From: Fidelibacterota bacterium
GTDB taxonomy: Bacteria > Fidelibacterota > Marinisomatia > Marinisomatales > JABMOV01
Length of the DNA stretch: 17,145 nt
Assembly (NCBI GenBank): GCA_046861395.1
Contig: JBHHUC010000045.1
Location: forward strand, 1-17,145
Direction of reading: 5' to 3'
Shown here: positions 1 to 8,756 of the stretch, piece by piece
Layout: each line of letters starts with the position of its first letter
How positions within the stretch are numbered: the first letter of the stretch is position 1
The notes under the pieces: model-generated
What the model was told of the DNA's origin: nothing
Seen by the model: the letters and a program-made list of their open reading frames with translations, nothing else
Databases searched by the model: none
Program-made: the position numbers and the translations under genes

Positions 1-1
1 A

Positions 2-388
2 AGTGCAGAGATTGCAATACATGCATTCACTCATGTCAATATCGTGCCGCACCACCAGCAAGCGCTTTATCGTATCATTAGAGGTCACGCCCAGGTCCGT
101 GCCTTTGGGGACCTTCAAAGCTTCCACCGTAATACAGCCTACGGGACAGGCCCGTTCACATTTCTTGCACCCGGTACAATCGTCAATATCTACGACCAGG
201 CGGGAACGAATAACATTGTAATCAGCGTGATCAAAACCAATTTTACGCTCCGGACGAGGCCATTTTTCTTCCGGATACTGCAGGGTGACATTCCCATGGC
301 GGATATGAATCATGTGTTTCCAGGTTATGCCCATTCCAATCAACATGGTGGACACGGACTGCCATATATTTTGTAGATAACGACTCAT
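2..388 (-). CDS. nuoI: NADH-quinone oxidoreductase subunit I (partial; 3' end runs off the window)
   Basis: Not in ORF track. Hand translation from ATG at 388 (1 nt after nuoH TGA): MSRYLQNIWQSVSTMLIGMGITWKHM...VTLQYPEEK...DCTGCKKCERACPVGCI...DIDMSECMYCNLCT. Contains the T-x-QYP motif, a full CxxCxxCxxxCP 4Fe-4S motif and the start of a second one. Confidence 0.96.
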   Translation of the reverse strand, partial: MSRYLQNIWQSVSTMLIGMGITWKHMIHIRHGNVTLQYPEEKWPRPERKIGFDHADYNVIRSRLVVDIDDCTGCKKCERACPVGCITVEALKVPKGTDLGVTSNDTIKRLLVVRHDIDMSECMYCNLCT

Positions 389-389
389 A

Positions 390-1436
390 TCATCCCAACC
401 ACAACTGCCACAGACCCACACCGAAAATATTCAGCATGGCCAGAGGTAATAAATATTTCCAGGCCACATTCATTAATTGATCCACCCGTAGACGGGGAAA
501 GGTCCAGCGAAACCAGATCATTACAAACATCAGCACAAGTAGTTTTCCCAGAAACCAGAAAGTCTGCCAGAGTCCGGAATTCATGATTCCCGGCAGAGGA
601 CTCTGCCACCCGCCTAAAAAGGCTACCGTTGCAACCCCGCATACGATGAACATATTGGCGTATTCACTCAAGAAGAAAAAGGCCCAGCGCATACCCGAAT
701 ATTCGGTATGAAAACCGGCCACCAGTTCCGATTCGGCCTCGGGAATATCGAAGGGAGTCCGGTTGGTTTCAGCCACCCCGGAAATAAAATAAATGAAAAA
801 TGCCAGGAATGTGAATGGGTTATGAAAAATAATCCAATTGGGTAAAAAGCCACCGATTGTTCCCGCTTGATACCGGATAATATTTTGAAGGTTCAGAGAA
901 CCAGTGAGCATGATAATGGCAATGAGCGATAAGGCAGCAGGAATTTCATAGCTTACGATCTGAGCCGCTGAGCGGACAGCCCCGTACAAGGACCATTTAT
1001 TCTCCGATGACCAGCCGGCCAGAATCAGTCCGATCACGCCCAGTGACGAAACGGCCAAAATATAGAAAATACCGATATTGACATCAATGACCTGATAGGT
1101 TTCACTGAACGGTAGGGCCGACAAAGCAACGAAGGCGCCGATGAAGATGACAAAGGGTGCCATAATGAACAAACGCCGATCGGCGGCTCGGGGAATAATA
1201 TCTTCCTTGAGGAGTAATTTTACGGCATCTGCCACCGTCTGGAGTAAACCCCATTTCCCCGCATGGAGGCCGAATCCCTGTCCCATGGGACCGATCCGGT
1301 CCGACATGAAGGCTGCCACCTTTCGTTCTACATAGACTGCCGCCAGGGCATTAATGGCCATCAAGAGAAAAATAATGACCCCACCGATTACCAGCCACAT
1401 ATACCAGGAAAGTTCGCTGAAAAATTCCATCGTCAT
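390..1436 (-). CDS. nuoH: NADH-quinone oxidoreductase subunit H
   Basis: 348 aa polytopic membrane protein with ERKVAA..DRIGP, GLLQTVADAVKLLLKED, AAQIVSYE, AETNRTPFDIPEAESELVAGFHTEYSG and TFPRLRVDQLM motifs. ATGA overlap with the nuoD stop. Confidence 0.98.
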   Translation of the reverse strand: MTMEFFSELSWYMWLVIGGVIIFLLMAINALAAVYVERKVAAFMSDRIGPMGQGFGLHAGKWGLLQTVADAVKLLLKEDIIPRAADRRLFIMAPFVIFIGAFVALSALPFSETYQVIDVNIGIFYILAVSSLGVIGLILAGWSSENKWSLYGAVRSAAQIVSYEIPAALSLIAIIMLTGSLNLQNIIRYQAGTIGGFLPNWIIFHNPFTFLAFFIYFISGVAETNRTPFDIPEAESELVAGFHTEYSGMRWAFFFLSEYANMFIVCGVATVAFLGGWQSPLPGIMNSGLWQTFWFLGKLLVLMFVMIWFRWTFPRLRVDQLMNVAWKYLLPLAMLNIFGVGLWQLWLG

Positions 1437-2572
1437 CGGTCAATTTCTCCCAGGACAATATCCAGACTGCCCAGGATGGCCAGCACATCGGAAATCATCC
1501 AGCCCCGTGAAATTTCATCCAGGACACTTAGACTGGCAAAGGCCGGGCTGCGCATTTTCAGGCGAAATGGTTTCGGTTTTCCATCACTAATGATGTAATA
1601 ACCCAAATCACCGCGGGGAGATTCGGTTCGTTTGTAAATGGATCCCTTGGGGGGTCGGATTTTTTTCGGTAACATTTCATGGACATTTCCTTCCCGCGGC
1701 ATTTGCTGCAGGGCCTGGCGAATGATTTTCACACTTTCATACATTTCCAGGACACGAACCCAGTAACGATCCCAGCAATCACCTACGGTACCCATCTTCC
1801 CTTCGCCCACCGGAATATCAAACTCAAACCGGTCATAAATGGAATAGGGATCATTCTTGCGCAAGTCCCATTTAACGCCGGAACCACGAAGATTAGGCCC
1901 CGATACGCCATAATCGATGGCCACTTCCGGCGGCATTACGCCCACATCGGCAGTCCGCTCAATGAATATTTTATTATAGGACAGTAACCGGTTATATTCT
2001 TCAATCTGGGGTTCGAAATAATCCAGGAAATCAAAGGCCGCTTCCACAAATCCCACCGGTAAATCATGAGACAACCCTCCTACCCACATATAGTTGTATA
2101 GGAGGCGAGCGCCACAGGTCATTTCAAACATATCCAGAATCCGTTCCCGATCCCGAAACATGTACAGGAAAGGAGTGAAAGCACCAATATCCAGGCCGTA
2201 CGTTCCCAGGGCTAGTAAATGGCTGGCAATCCGGTTGAATTCGGCCATGATAATCCGGATATATTCCACTTTCTCCGGCACCTGAATCCCCATAAGCTCT
2301 TCCATGGCTGCCACATAACCGAAATTATTATTCATGGCCGCGATGTAATCGCAGCGGTCAGTATAGGGCACCACCTGTTCATAGGTCAAATTTTCACAAT
2401 GTTTCTCAAAACAGCGATGCAGGTAACCCAACACCGGCTTTATTTCGGAAACGATTTCACCGTCCGTTTTCACCCTCAGCCGTAACACACCATGCGTACT
2501 GGGATGCTGGGGACCGATGTTGAGAATCATTTCCTCCCCTTCAAAATAAGCAGGTGTTTTCATCCTGGTCAT
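1433..2572 (-). CDS. nuoD: NADH-quinone oxidoreductase subunit D
   Basis: NIGPQHPSTHGVLRL, GYLHRCFEK, ESPRGDLG and C-terminal DIVLGEIDR motifs. Start placed at ATG 2572 (TAATG overlap with nuoC stop) instead of 2581. Confidence 0.97.
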   Translation of the reverse strand: MTRMKTPAYFEGEEMILNIGPQHPSTHGVLRLRVKTDGEIVSEIKPVLGYLHRCFEKHCENLTYEQVVPYTDRCDYIAAMNNNFGYVAAMEELMGIQVPEKVEYIRIIMAEFNRIASHLLALGTYGLDIGAFTPFLYMFRDRERILDMFEMTCGARLLYNYMWVGGLSHDLPVGFVEAAFDFLDYFEPQIEEYNRLLSYNKIFIERTADVGVMPPEVAIDYGVSGPNLRGSGVKWDLRKNDPYSIYDRFEFDIPVGEGKMGTVGDCWDRYWVRVLEMYESVKIIRQALQQMPREGNVHEMLPKKIRPPKGSIYKRTESPRGDLGYYIISDGKPKPFRLKMRSPAFASLSVLDEISRGWMISDVLAILGSLDIVLGEIDR

Positions 2573-3057
2573 TATTCCCATATATCCTTCACTTTGGGAA
2601 TGACAATCCCATGGTAGGCGTCCGGCTCTTCATAATCCTTGCGCAAAGGATATCCTTCCCAGTCCTCAGGTAATAACATGCGGCGCAGATCAGGATGTCC
2701 GCTGAAAGTGATGCCATACATATCATATACTTCCCGTTCGAACCAATCGGCCATGCGCCAGACCAAGGCTACGGAAGGGATGACCGGTTTATCCCGCTCC
2801 ACCGCGATACGAATTTCCACTTTATGATTCAGGGTCATGGAATGAAGATTATACCGTACTTCCAAGGGGTTGTCCGGCCCCAGGTCTACTCCCGTAATAC
2901 ACATGCAGGAATCAAATAATATACCATTCGTGACCTTGAGATAAGAGGCGATGTCGGTCCATGATTCAGGGGCCAGGGAAATATGACTATCATCGTCCTG
3001 TTCCCTGACAGCACCGGGAAAGGCCGTCACGACGTTATGTTTTATGGCATCAATCAT
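2572..3057 (-). CDS. nuoC: NADH-quinone oxidoreductase subunit C
   Basis: [40 protein letters not shown] signature. ATGA overlap with nuoB stop. Confidence 0.97.
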   Translation of the reverse strand: MIDAIKHNVVTAFPGAVREQDDDSHISLAPESWTDIASYLKVTNGILFDSCMCITGVDLGPDNPLEVRYNLHSMTLNHKVEIRIAVERDKPVIPSVALVWRMADWFEREVYDMYGITFSGHPDLRRMLLPEDWEGYPLRKDYEEPDAYHGIVIPKVKDIWE

Positions 3058-3548
3058 CCGGTAATTTTCCTGGTCAGGGGACGTTCCTTACTGATTTTTT
3101 CCTGCAATATAATAAGACCTTCCAACAATGCTTCCGGTCGGGGCGGGCAACCCGGCACATATACATCCACTGGTACAATTAAATCGACTCCTTTCAATAC
3201 ATGGTAGCCATGGGGCGTATACGGCCCGCCACTAGTGGCACAACTTCCCATGGCAATAACATATTTAGGATCTGCCATCTGTTCATATAATTTCTTTACT
3301 CGCAGGGCCATCTTCATCGTAACCGTTCCCGCTACGATCATCACATCTGCCTGCCGCGGTGAGGATCGGGGCATCATGCCGATTCGTTCCAAGTCATGCC
3401 GACTGGCGGCGGTGGCCATCATTTCGATGGCGCAACAAGCCAGACCGAATTGGAAATACCAGGGAGAGGTGGACCGGGCCCAGCTCAGGACCTTATCCAA
3501 ACTGGCGACAATGATATTATCTTTAAATTTATGTTCCAGGACACCCAT
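3054..3548 (-). CDS. nuoB: NADH-quinone oxidoreductase subunit B
   Basis: [48 protein letters not shown] (N2 cluster ligands). Start moved to ATG 3548 (MGVLEHKF), 1 nt after the nuoA TAG and preceded by GGAGGAAGAG. Confidence 0.97.
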   Translation of the reverse strand: MGVLEHKFKDNIIVASLDKVLSWARSTSPWYFQFGLACCAIEMMATAASRHDLERIGMMPRSSPRQADVMIVAGTVTMKMALRVKKLYEQMADPKYVIAMGSCATSGGPYTPHGYHVLKGVDLIVPVDVYVPGCPPRPEALLEGLIILQEKISKERPLTRKITG

Positions 3549-3549
3549 A

Positions 3550-3963
3550 CTACTCTTCCTCCATCCGCAAATGGGCATAGCGTCCCGCTGCATATTTAAG
3601 CTGCAATTTTACCCAATCCAGATCGGACTTTTTCCAGACATAAGCCAGCCCCACCATCAGGATCAGGAGAAAGATGGCCATTTCCACAAACCCGATCAAT
3701 CCGATGTCCTTAAAAACGACGGCCCAGGGAAAAAGGAAAACAATTTCAACATCAAAAATGAGAAAAATAAGAGCAATGACATAGAAGCGGATATTAAACT
3801 GAACCCAAGCCGGACCTTCCGGCTCTTCACCACATTCATAGGTGTCCAGTTTTTCACGGGTGGGTTTGGCAGGAGCCAGCAACCATTGCAGGAATAATGG
3901 GACAGCCATCAGCAGAATTCCCAGCAGGATTAATACGAGTACAGCACCGAAATCTTGAATCAT
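3550..3963 (-). CDS. nuoA: NADH-quinone oxidoreductase subunit A
   Basis: [11 protein letters not shown] and [22 protein letters not shown] motifs, three hydrophobic segments, AGGA upstream of the ATG. Confidence 0.97.
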   Translation of the reverse strand: MIQDFGAVLVLILLGILLMAVPLFLQWLLAPAKPTREKLDTYECGEEPEGPAWVQFNIRFYVIALIFLIFDVEIVFLFPWAVVFKDIGLIGFVEMAIFLLILMVGLAYVWKKSDLDWVKLQLKYAAGRYAHLRMEEE

Positions 3964-3988
3964 CAGTATTCCTGGTAAAATAAGGCTT

Positions 3989-4020
3989 CAAATTTAGACC
4001 GTGGCAGAATCAAAAATCAA
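3989..4020 (-). promoter_or_regulatory. Putative housekeeping promoter of the nuo operon
   Basis: Minus strand TTGATT (4020-4015), 18 nt spacer, TAAATTTG (3996-3989), ending 25 nt upstream of the nuoA ATG. Confidence 0.55.
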
Positions 4021-4092
4021 GGTTCGCAGGTCTTCTTTTCATGAAGTTTCTCTTTACCGGTCGATTCATCTCAACCTCTTGTTCCCTGAATA

Positions 4093-4111
4093 ATTGGTCC
4101 CAATGACCAAT
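4093..4111. promoter_or_regulatory. Perfect 7-5-7 inverted repeat, possible transcription-factor operator
   Basis: ATTGGTC-ccaat-GACCAAT in the middle of the divergent nuoA/proline dehydrogenase intergenic region. Confidence 0.35.
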
Positions 4112-4202
4112 AACAATAATCGCCACAGCCGAGTGGCATACACATCCGCGCCCGGTAGGGCGAATCGCTGGATTGAATTCCTTTTCAATTCACCTATTTC
4201 TG

Positions 4203-4232
4203 TTGTTGCTCTTTCCTAACTGATTATAATTT
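4203..4232 (+). promoter_or_regulatory. Putative promoter of proline dehydrogenase, implying a (near-)leaderless mRNA
   Basis: TTGTTG (4203-4208), 16 nt spacer, TATAAT (4225-4230); alternatively 18 nt spacer to TAATTT (4227-4232). ATG at 4240 has no Shine-Dalgarno. Confidence 0.55.
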
Positions 4233-4239
4233 TTGTCTT

Positions 4240-5154
4240 ATGTCTATCCTGAATTCTTCCCTTTCCTTTCTTCTCCCCCTGTTTCCCAAATGGGTTGCCC
4301 GTCCTTTTGCTGCCCCCTACGTAGCCGGTGAAACCCTATCTGAGGCCGTGAAAATCGTTGCCGGCTTAAATGCCAGTGGATTCCAAGTCACCATGGATAT
4401 TCTGGGCGAGCATGTCCATTCCGTAGCGGAAGCGAAAGAAGTGACGAAGGCCTATTTGGACCTCTATGACTGCATTGCCCGGGAAAAAATCGCCAGTACG
4501 GTTTCTCTGAAGCTCACCCACCTGGGCCTGGAAATCGACCCTCAGGTGGCAGAAAAAAATCTGCTAACGATTCTGGATAAAGCTCAGGAATATGGCAACT
4601 TCCTCCGGATTGACATGGAAAATTCACCGTACACGGATAAAACGCTGGCATTGTACCGGAAATGCCGCCAACGCTATGCAGGAGTAGGAACCGTATTGCA
4701 GGCTTATTTGCATCGGACACTGAAGGATATATCGCTCCTGAATGATCCCGGATTTAACTGCCGGATCTGCAAGGGGATTTACCGGGAACCGGAAACCATT
4801 GCCTTCCAAGATAAAAATGAGATTAACCGTAATTATATCGAGGCGGTAAAAGACTTGCTGGACGGCGGCAGTTTTGCCGCCATTGCCACGCATGATCAGG
4901 ATTTGATTTCACAGTTGGAAACATGGTTGCTGGAAAGCCGGATTCCACGCGACCGTTACGAATTTCAGGTCCTGTACGGGGTTCCCATGAATGGTCGCCT
5001 GGAAGCACTGCTGAACGCCGGACATCAGGTCCGCATTTATGTACCTTTCGGTCGGGCCTGGTTTGATTATTCCATTCGCCGTCTGAAGGAAAATCCGAAA
5101 ATCCTCAGTTATATATTAAAGAATACGTTTAAATCGAGAGCGGCTTATGAATAA
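4240..5154 (+). CDS. putB: Monofunctional proline dehydrogenase (PutB/FadM type)
   Basis: 304 aa with YVAGET, D-x-LGE, SLKLTHLGL, RIDMEN, GTVLQAYL, RICKGIY, ATHD, EFQVLYG and YVPFG..W..Y..RRLKENP motifs. No fused P5C dehydrogenase domain. Confidence 0.94.
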   Translation: MSILNSSLSFLLPLFPKWVARPFAAPYVAGETLSEAVKIVAGLNASGFQVTMDILGEHVHSVAEAKEVTKAYLDLYDCIAREKIASTVSLKLTHLGLEIDPQVAEKNLLTILDKAQEYGNFLRIDMENSPYTDKTLALYRKCRQRYAGVGTVLQAYLHRTLKDISLLNDPGFNCRICKGIYREPETIAFQDKNEINRNYIEAVKDLLDGGSFAAIATHDQDLISQLETWLLESRIPRDRYEFQVLYGVPMNGRLEALLNAGHQVRIYVPFGRAWFDYSIRRLKENPKILSYILKNTFKSRAAYE

Positions 5155-5557
5155 TTTAGCGACTATTAAACAGATTTTTACATTCAAGACCATTGCAGTC
5201 GTTGGCCTGTCACCCAAGCCGGAGCGTCCCAGTTATCGCGTAGCGGCCTATCTGCAATCCGTGGGCTACCGGATCATCCCAGTCAATCCCGGTCAAGACA
5301 CTATCCTGGGTGAAAAATGTTATGCATCGTTGACGGATATACCAGAACCGGTCGCTGTGGTGGATGTATTTCGACGCTCCGAATTCGTCCCGGCCATTAC
5401 GGAAAAGGCCATTGCCATCGGAGCCAAGGCCCTGTGGTTACAGGATGGTGTGATCGCACCTGAAGCGGCGCAAATAGCGGAAGCCGCCGGACTGTTGGTC
5501 GTCATGAATGATTGCATGTTCCGGCGCCACCGGCAGCTCTACCCGGCCCCCGATTGA
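5147..5557 (+). CDS. CoA-binding protein (YccU-like)
   Basis: KTIAVVGLSPKPERPSYRVAAYLQ..GY.IIPVNP, VDVFRRSE, ALWLQDGV, VVMNDC motifs. 8-nt overlap with the putB stop. Confidence 0.93.
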   Translation: MNNLATIKQIFTFKTIAVVGLSPKPERPSYRVAAYLQSVGYRIIPVNPGQDTILGEKCYASLTDIPEPVAVVDVFRRSEFVPAITEKAIAIGAKALWLQDGVIAPEAAQIAEAAGLLVVMNDCMFRRHRQLYPAPD

Positions 5558-6438
5558 TTGTCACCTCGTTTTCCCCAGTCCATTTTCTTCCGTAACATCT
5601 GAAAATAATCGAGGTCATCGAACTGGATGAAGGGTACGGTATAATCGCCGGTCCGCACAATGACCTTGGACTGATCATCTATATCTTCATGAATCTGACC
5701 GTCCACGGTTAATCCCACATCTTTCGTCCCTTCCGGGAATGTTATTTCAATTGTCGTACCACTACTAACAACTACCGGCCGGAATGTGAGAGTATGGGGG
5801 CAGATCGGTGTCACCACATAGGAAGCGACACCCGGCTCCACGATGGGACCTCCGGCAGCCAGACTGTATGCCGTGGACCCCGTGGGCGTGGCAATGATGA
5901 CACCATCAGCACTGTAACGCCCCAGCAACAATCCGTTGGCACGCACAATGCAGGTAATCATCCGATGTGATTTTGTAGGATTGATGACTATATCATTCAG
6001 TGCCGGATGTACGATGGTTTTTCTGGAACTGATGATCGTACCGGTCAACACGGTTCGATAGTCCAGGTGATATTCACCCCGGGCGACTTGATTCAAACGG
6101 GGGTATAAATCCTGCAGGGTTACATTAGCCAGAAATCCCAAGTCCCCCAGGTGAATTCCCAGCAGCGGAACATTCCGGTTGCCCATGGCTCGTACGGCGC
6201 CCAGGATGGTACCGTCTCCTCCCAGTGTCAGAATGAAATCCATATTATAAAAATCATCGGCTGATTTCACTACGCCATAGTGACAGTGGCCCTGTTTTGA
6301 CCAGAGTTTATCAATCCGCGTTGTAAGATAGGGTTCCAGTTTTTCCTGGGCTGCCCACTCTAGCAGCATTGGTAGCGTATCCCAGAATTTGTTTTTACCG
6401 GTATTGGCCCAAACGGCAAATCGTTTCGATTTTTTCAT
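5539..6438 (-). CDS. nadK: NAD(+) kinase
   Basis: LGGDGTIL, GIHLGDLGFL, ALND, ADGVIIATPTGSTAYSLAAGGP, TPICPHTL, VDGQ motifs. ATGA overlap with xseB. Confidence 0.96.
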   Translation of the reverse strand: MKKSKRFAVWANTGKNKFWDTLPMLLEWAAQEKLEPYLTTRIDKLWSKQGHCHYGVVKSADDFYNMDFILTLGGDGTILGAVRAMGNRNVPLLGIHLGDLGFLANVTLQDLYPRLNQVARGEYHLDYRTVLTGTIISSRKTIVHPALNDIVINPTKSHRMITCIVRANGLLLGRYSADGVIIATPTGSTAYSLAAGGPIVEPGVASYVVTPICPHTLTFRPVVVSSGTTIEITFPEGTKDVGLTVDGQIHEDIDDQSKVIVRTGDYTVPFIQFDDLDYFQMLRKKMDWGKRGDNQSGAG

Positions 6439-6644
6439 GTTTCGCTAGACGAACCGGACAATGTTTCGATTTTTTGTTCGGCCTCTTCCAGGATGGCTTT
6501 ACAGGTTTCAGAAAGTTTAACCCCCTCTTCATATTTCTTTAAACTGTCATTCAGAGACAATTCCCCGCTTTCCAGTTCCTGGAGCAATTTCTCCAGTTTC
6601 TGAATGGTTTTTTCAATATCAGGTAATGTTTTATTCTTGGTCAT
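6435..6644 (-). CDS. xseB: Exodeoxyribonuclease VII small subunit
   Basis: 69 aa: LEKLLQELESGELSLNDSLKKYEEGVKLSETCKAILEEAEQKI; directly downstream of xseA. Confidence 0.95.
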   Translation of the reverse strand: MTKNKTLPDIEKTIQKLEKLLQELESGELSLNDSLKKYEEGVKLSETCKAILEEAEQKIETLSGSSSET

Positions 6645-6658
6645 GATTGAAATTTCAT

Positions 6659-7885
6659 TTAATCCAAAAGTAAGGAAGTTTGCGACGATTCACCAGGGAT
6701 TCTTTGGCCCCTGAAACTGCCCTGCCCGGTTCGCACCGTGAATTTCCCATCCATAGGAATATCATCTGGTCCATGAATGATTCGGCCCTCGGGCCAGACC
6801 TGAGCAATGCTGAACCCGCGTTGAAGTATGGCAGTTGGATTCAGGGCCGAAAGGCGATTGGACAAACCGTTAACTTGCGTTTGCCACCGGGACAGGGACA
6901 GTACCATAGCCTGTCCCATTCTCTTTTCCAGTGAATTCAGAGAATCATCAAGGCGCTGTAGCACCTGAAGGGGATTGCGTGTGTGAATACGATGGGTAAG
7001 CTGGTCCACATGCTGCCAGGAAGACTGGACCCGGTTCATCAGACGGGTGGTGAATCGGTCTTGCCATTGAGCCAGTTTTTGTAATATATCCGCCGTGGCC
7101 GGACTCACCAGTTCCGCCGCCGCGGAGGGTGTTGGAGCTCGTAAATCTGCCACATAATCGGCAATGGTCGTATCCGTCTCATGCCCCACCGCCGAAATGA
7201 CGGGAAACGGTGACGCGGCAATGGCCCGTGCCACTCGTTCTTCATTAAAGGGCCAGAGATCTTCAATTGATCCGCCACCGCGACCTACAATGACGACATC
7301 CAGACCGGACACGGAACGTAACTGCTGCAAGGCGGCTTCAATGTCACGGGCGGCCTCCGGTCCCTGGACCAGCGTGGGACGCAAGACGATGCTTACATGT
7401 GGCGCCCGCCGTCCCAGTACCTGAAGAATATCGCGCAGGGCGGCACCGCTCCCCGATGTAATAACGCCGATTTTCAGTGGGAAGGCAGGTAAACGCTTTT
7501 TTCCTTCCGTGGCAAATAAACCTTCCTGTTCCAGTTTTTTCTTCAGGACCTCAAAGGCCTGATACAGGGCACCGACTCCGGCCGGTTCCATGCGTTGAAC
7601 CACAATTTGATAGGTTCCGCGACGCTCGAAGACTGTCAAACGTCCCCGAACTTCCACTGCCAGACCATCCGAAGGTCGAAAAGATAACATCCGGTTCAGG
7701 CCCCGGAACATGACGGCCGACAGTTCGGCGCGGGGATCTTTCAGGGTAAAATACATATGACCGGAGCTGTGATGTTTAAAATTGGATATTTCGCCCCGTA
7801 CCGTAAGATCATCGAATCGGACTTCCAGCACATCCCTGATCGCGCCGGTCAACTCCGAAACGGTGTAAATACCTGATTCAGTCAT
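6659..7885 (-). CDS. xseA: Exodeoxyribonuclease VII large subunit
   Basis: VRGEISNFKHHSSGHMYFTLKD, GRGGGSIEDLWPFNEE, SAVGHETDTTIADYVADLRAPTPSAAAE, ILQRGFSI motifs. Start placed at ATG 7885 (MTESGIYTVSEL; 8-nt ATGACTGA overlap with upstream stop) instead of 7918. Confidence 0.96.
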   Translation of the reverse strand: MTESGIYTVSELTGAIRDVLEVRFDDLTVRGEISNFKHHSSGHMYFTLKDPRAELSAVMFRGLNRMLSFRPSDGLAVEVRGRLTVFERRGTYQIVVQRMEPAGVGALYQAFEVLKKKLEQEGLFATEGKKRLPAFPLKIGVITSGSGAALRDILQVLGRRAPHVSIVLRPTLVQGPEAARDIEAALQQLRSVSGLDVVIVGRGGGSIEDLWPFNEERVARAIAASPFPVISAVGHETDTTIADYVADLRAPTPSAAAELVSPATADILQKLAQWQDRFTTRLMNRVQSSWQHVDQLTHRIHTRNPLQVLQRLDDSLNSLEKRMGQAMVLSLSRWQTQVNGLSNRLSALNPTAILQRGFSIAQVWPEGRIIHGPDDIPMDGKFTVRTGQGSFRGQRIPGESSQTSLLLD

Positions 7886-8747
7886 GAGCGGTGACAGGCG
7901 GGGTTGGACGATCGGCATTCAGCCAACAATTATACCAATACAAGGCCACCCGATAGGCAGCCTGATTCAGGCGGACCTGAAGTAATTCGCCTGTTTCATT
8001 CTGCAGTATCGTTAAATAGCGGTCTATGAAGGGTCCGTCGTCGTATCCGGCTAGAATGTCGATTTCTTCCGCCGTCAATCCCTTGCGGGCCTTCGAATCT
8101 GCCGCCAGCAATCGTGTATGGGCAGAAAATGATTCCCGGATAATGGCAAAATTCGTATCTGGCAGAGCCGGAGCAGGACGAACCGTATCGAACGCTGTAA
8201 TTCCAGTGATACTGCGTTTCACCAGCTGAGCCTCCCAGCGATAATGAATTCCCTTATTACCTGTTTTTTGTCCGTTATAATTGGAAACAGTGTGGAGTGG
8301 CATGTGCAGATCAGCGATATAATGCCCCAGGGCCGCCATGATGACCGGAACCTTTTCCCACTGTCCTCTTCGCATCAGGGTTGAAAGGCTATCGCAGAAT
8401 AGGTTGATGTTCCATGGGGATGTTCCCCAGTTTTTCAGTGATTCTTCGCCATAGGTCTCCACTGCACGGACATAATCCCGGGGAATATCTGCAAAAGGAT
8501 ATTGGGAATAATAATCCACGTCAATATAATGACGATAGCCTTCCTCGGGATTGGTTTTACGCCATACATCCGGGTCCGGAGCGTGCGCCGCCAGTGTGTC
8601 GGCCATATCCCGGGCATAGATACCCAGTGCTTCCGGCAGAATGGTCGCGGCGGTCCGGTTGATGAGACGATGCGCTTCATAACCCCAGCCCTGAAGTCCG
8701 GTGACCAGGGCTAGGGAAAGCATGAATATGCACCAACACTGATTCAT
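7878..8747 (-). CDS. Exported zinc-dependent phospholipase C / S1-P1 nuclease family protein
   Basis: Hydrophobic signal-like N-terminus followed by WGYEAH (mature N-terminal Trp and His ligands), APDPDVWR, HYIDVD, GHYIADLHMPLH and IHYRWE, the tri-zinc ligand pattern of this superfamily. Confidence 0.88.
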   Translation of the reverse strand: MNQCWCIFMLSLALVTGLQGWGYEAHRLINRTAATILPEALGIYARDMADTLAAHAPDPDVWRKTNPEEGYRHYIDVDYYSQYPFADIPRDYVRAVETYGEESLKNWGTSPWNINLFCDSLSTLMRRGQWEKVPVIMAALGHYIADLHMPLHTVSNYNGQKTGNKGIHYRWEAQLVKRSITGITAFDTVRPAPALPDTNFAIIRESFSAHTRLLAADSKARKGLTAEEIDILAGYDDGPFIDRYLTILQNETGELLQVRLNQAAYRVALYWYNCWLNADRPTPPVTAHD

Positions 8748-8756
8748 GATCAGGAC

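Noticed and set aside
4155..4170. GTAGGGCGAATCGC as a GTAG-family REP element
   Set aside because: No downstream complementary arm, no second copy noticed in the window, and no RAYT transposase.
4172..4189. FNR box (TTGAT-N4-ATCAA)
   Set aside because: The sequence is TTGAA-N6-TTCAA; half-site and spacing both differ. Kept only as an unassigned palindrome.
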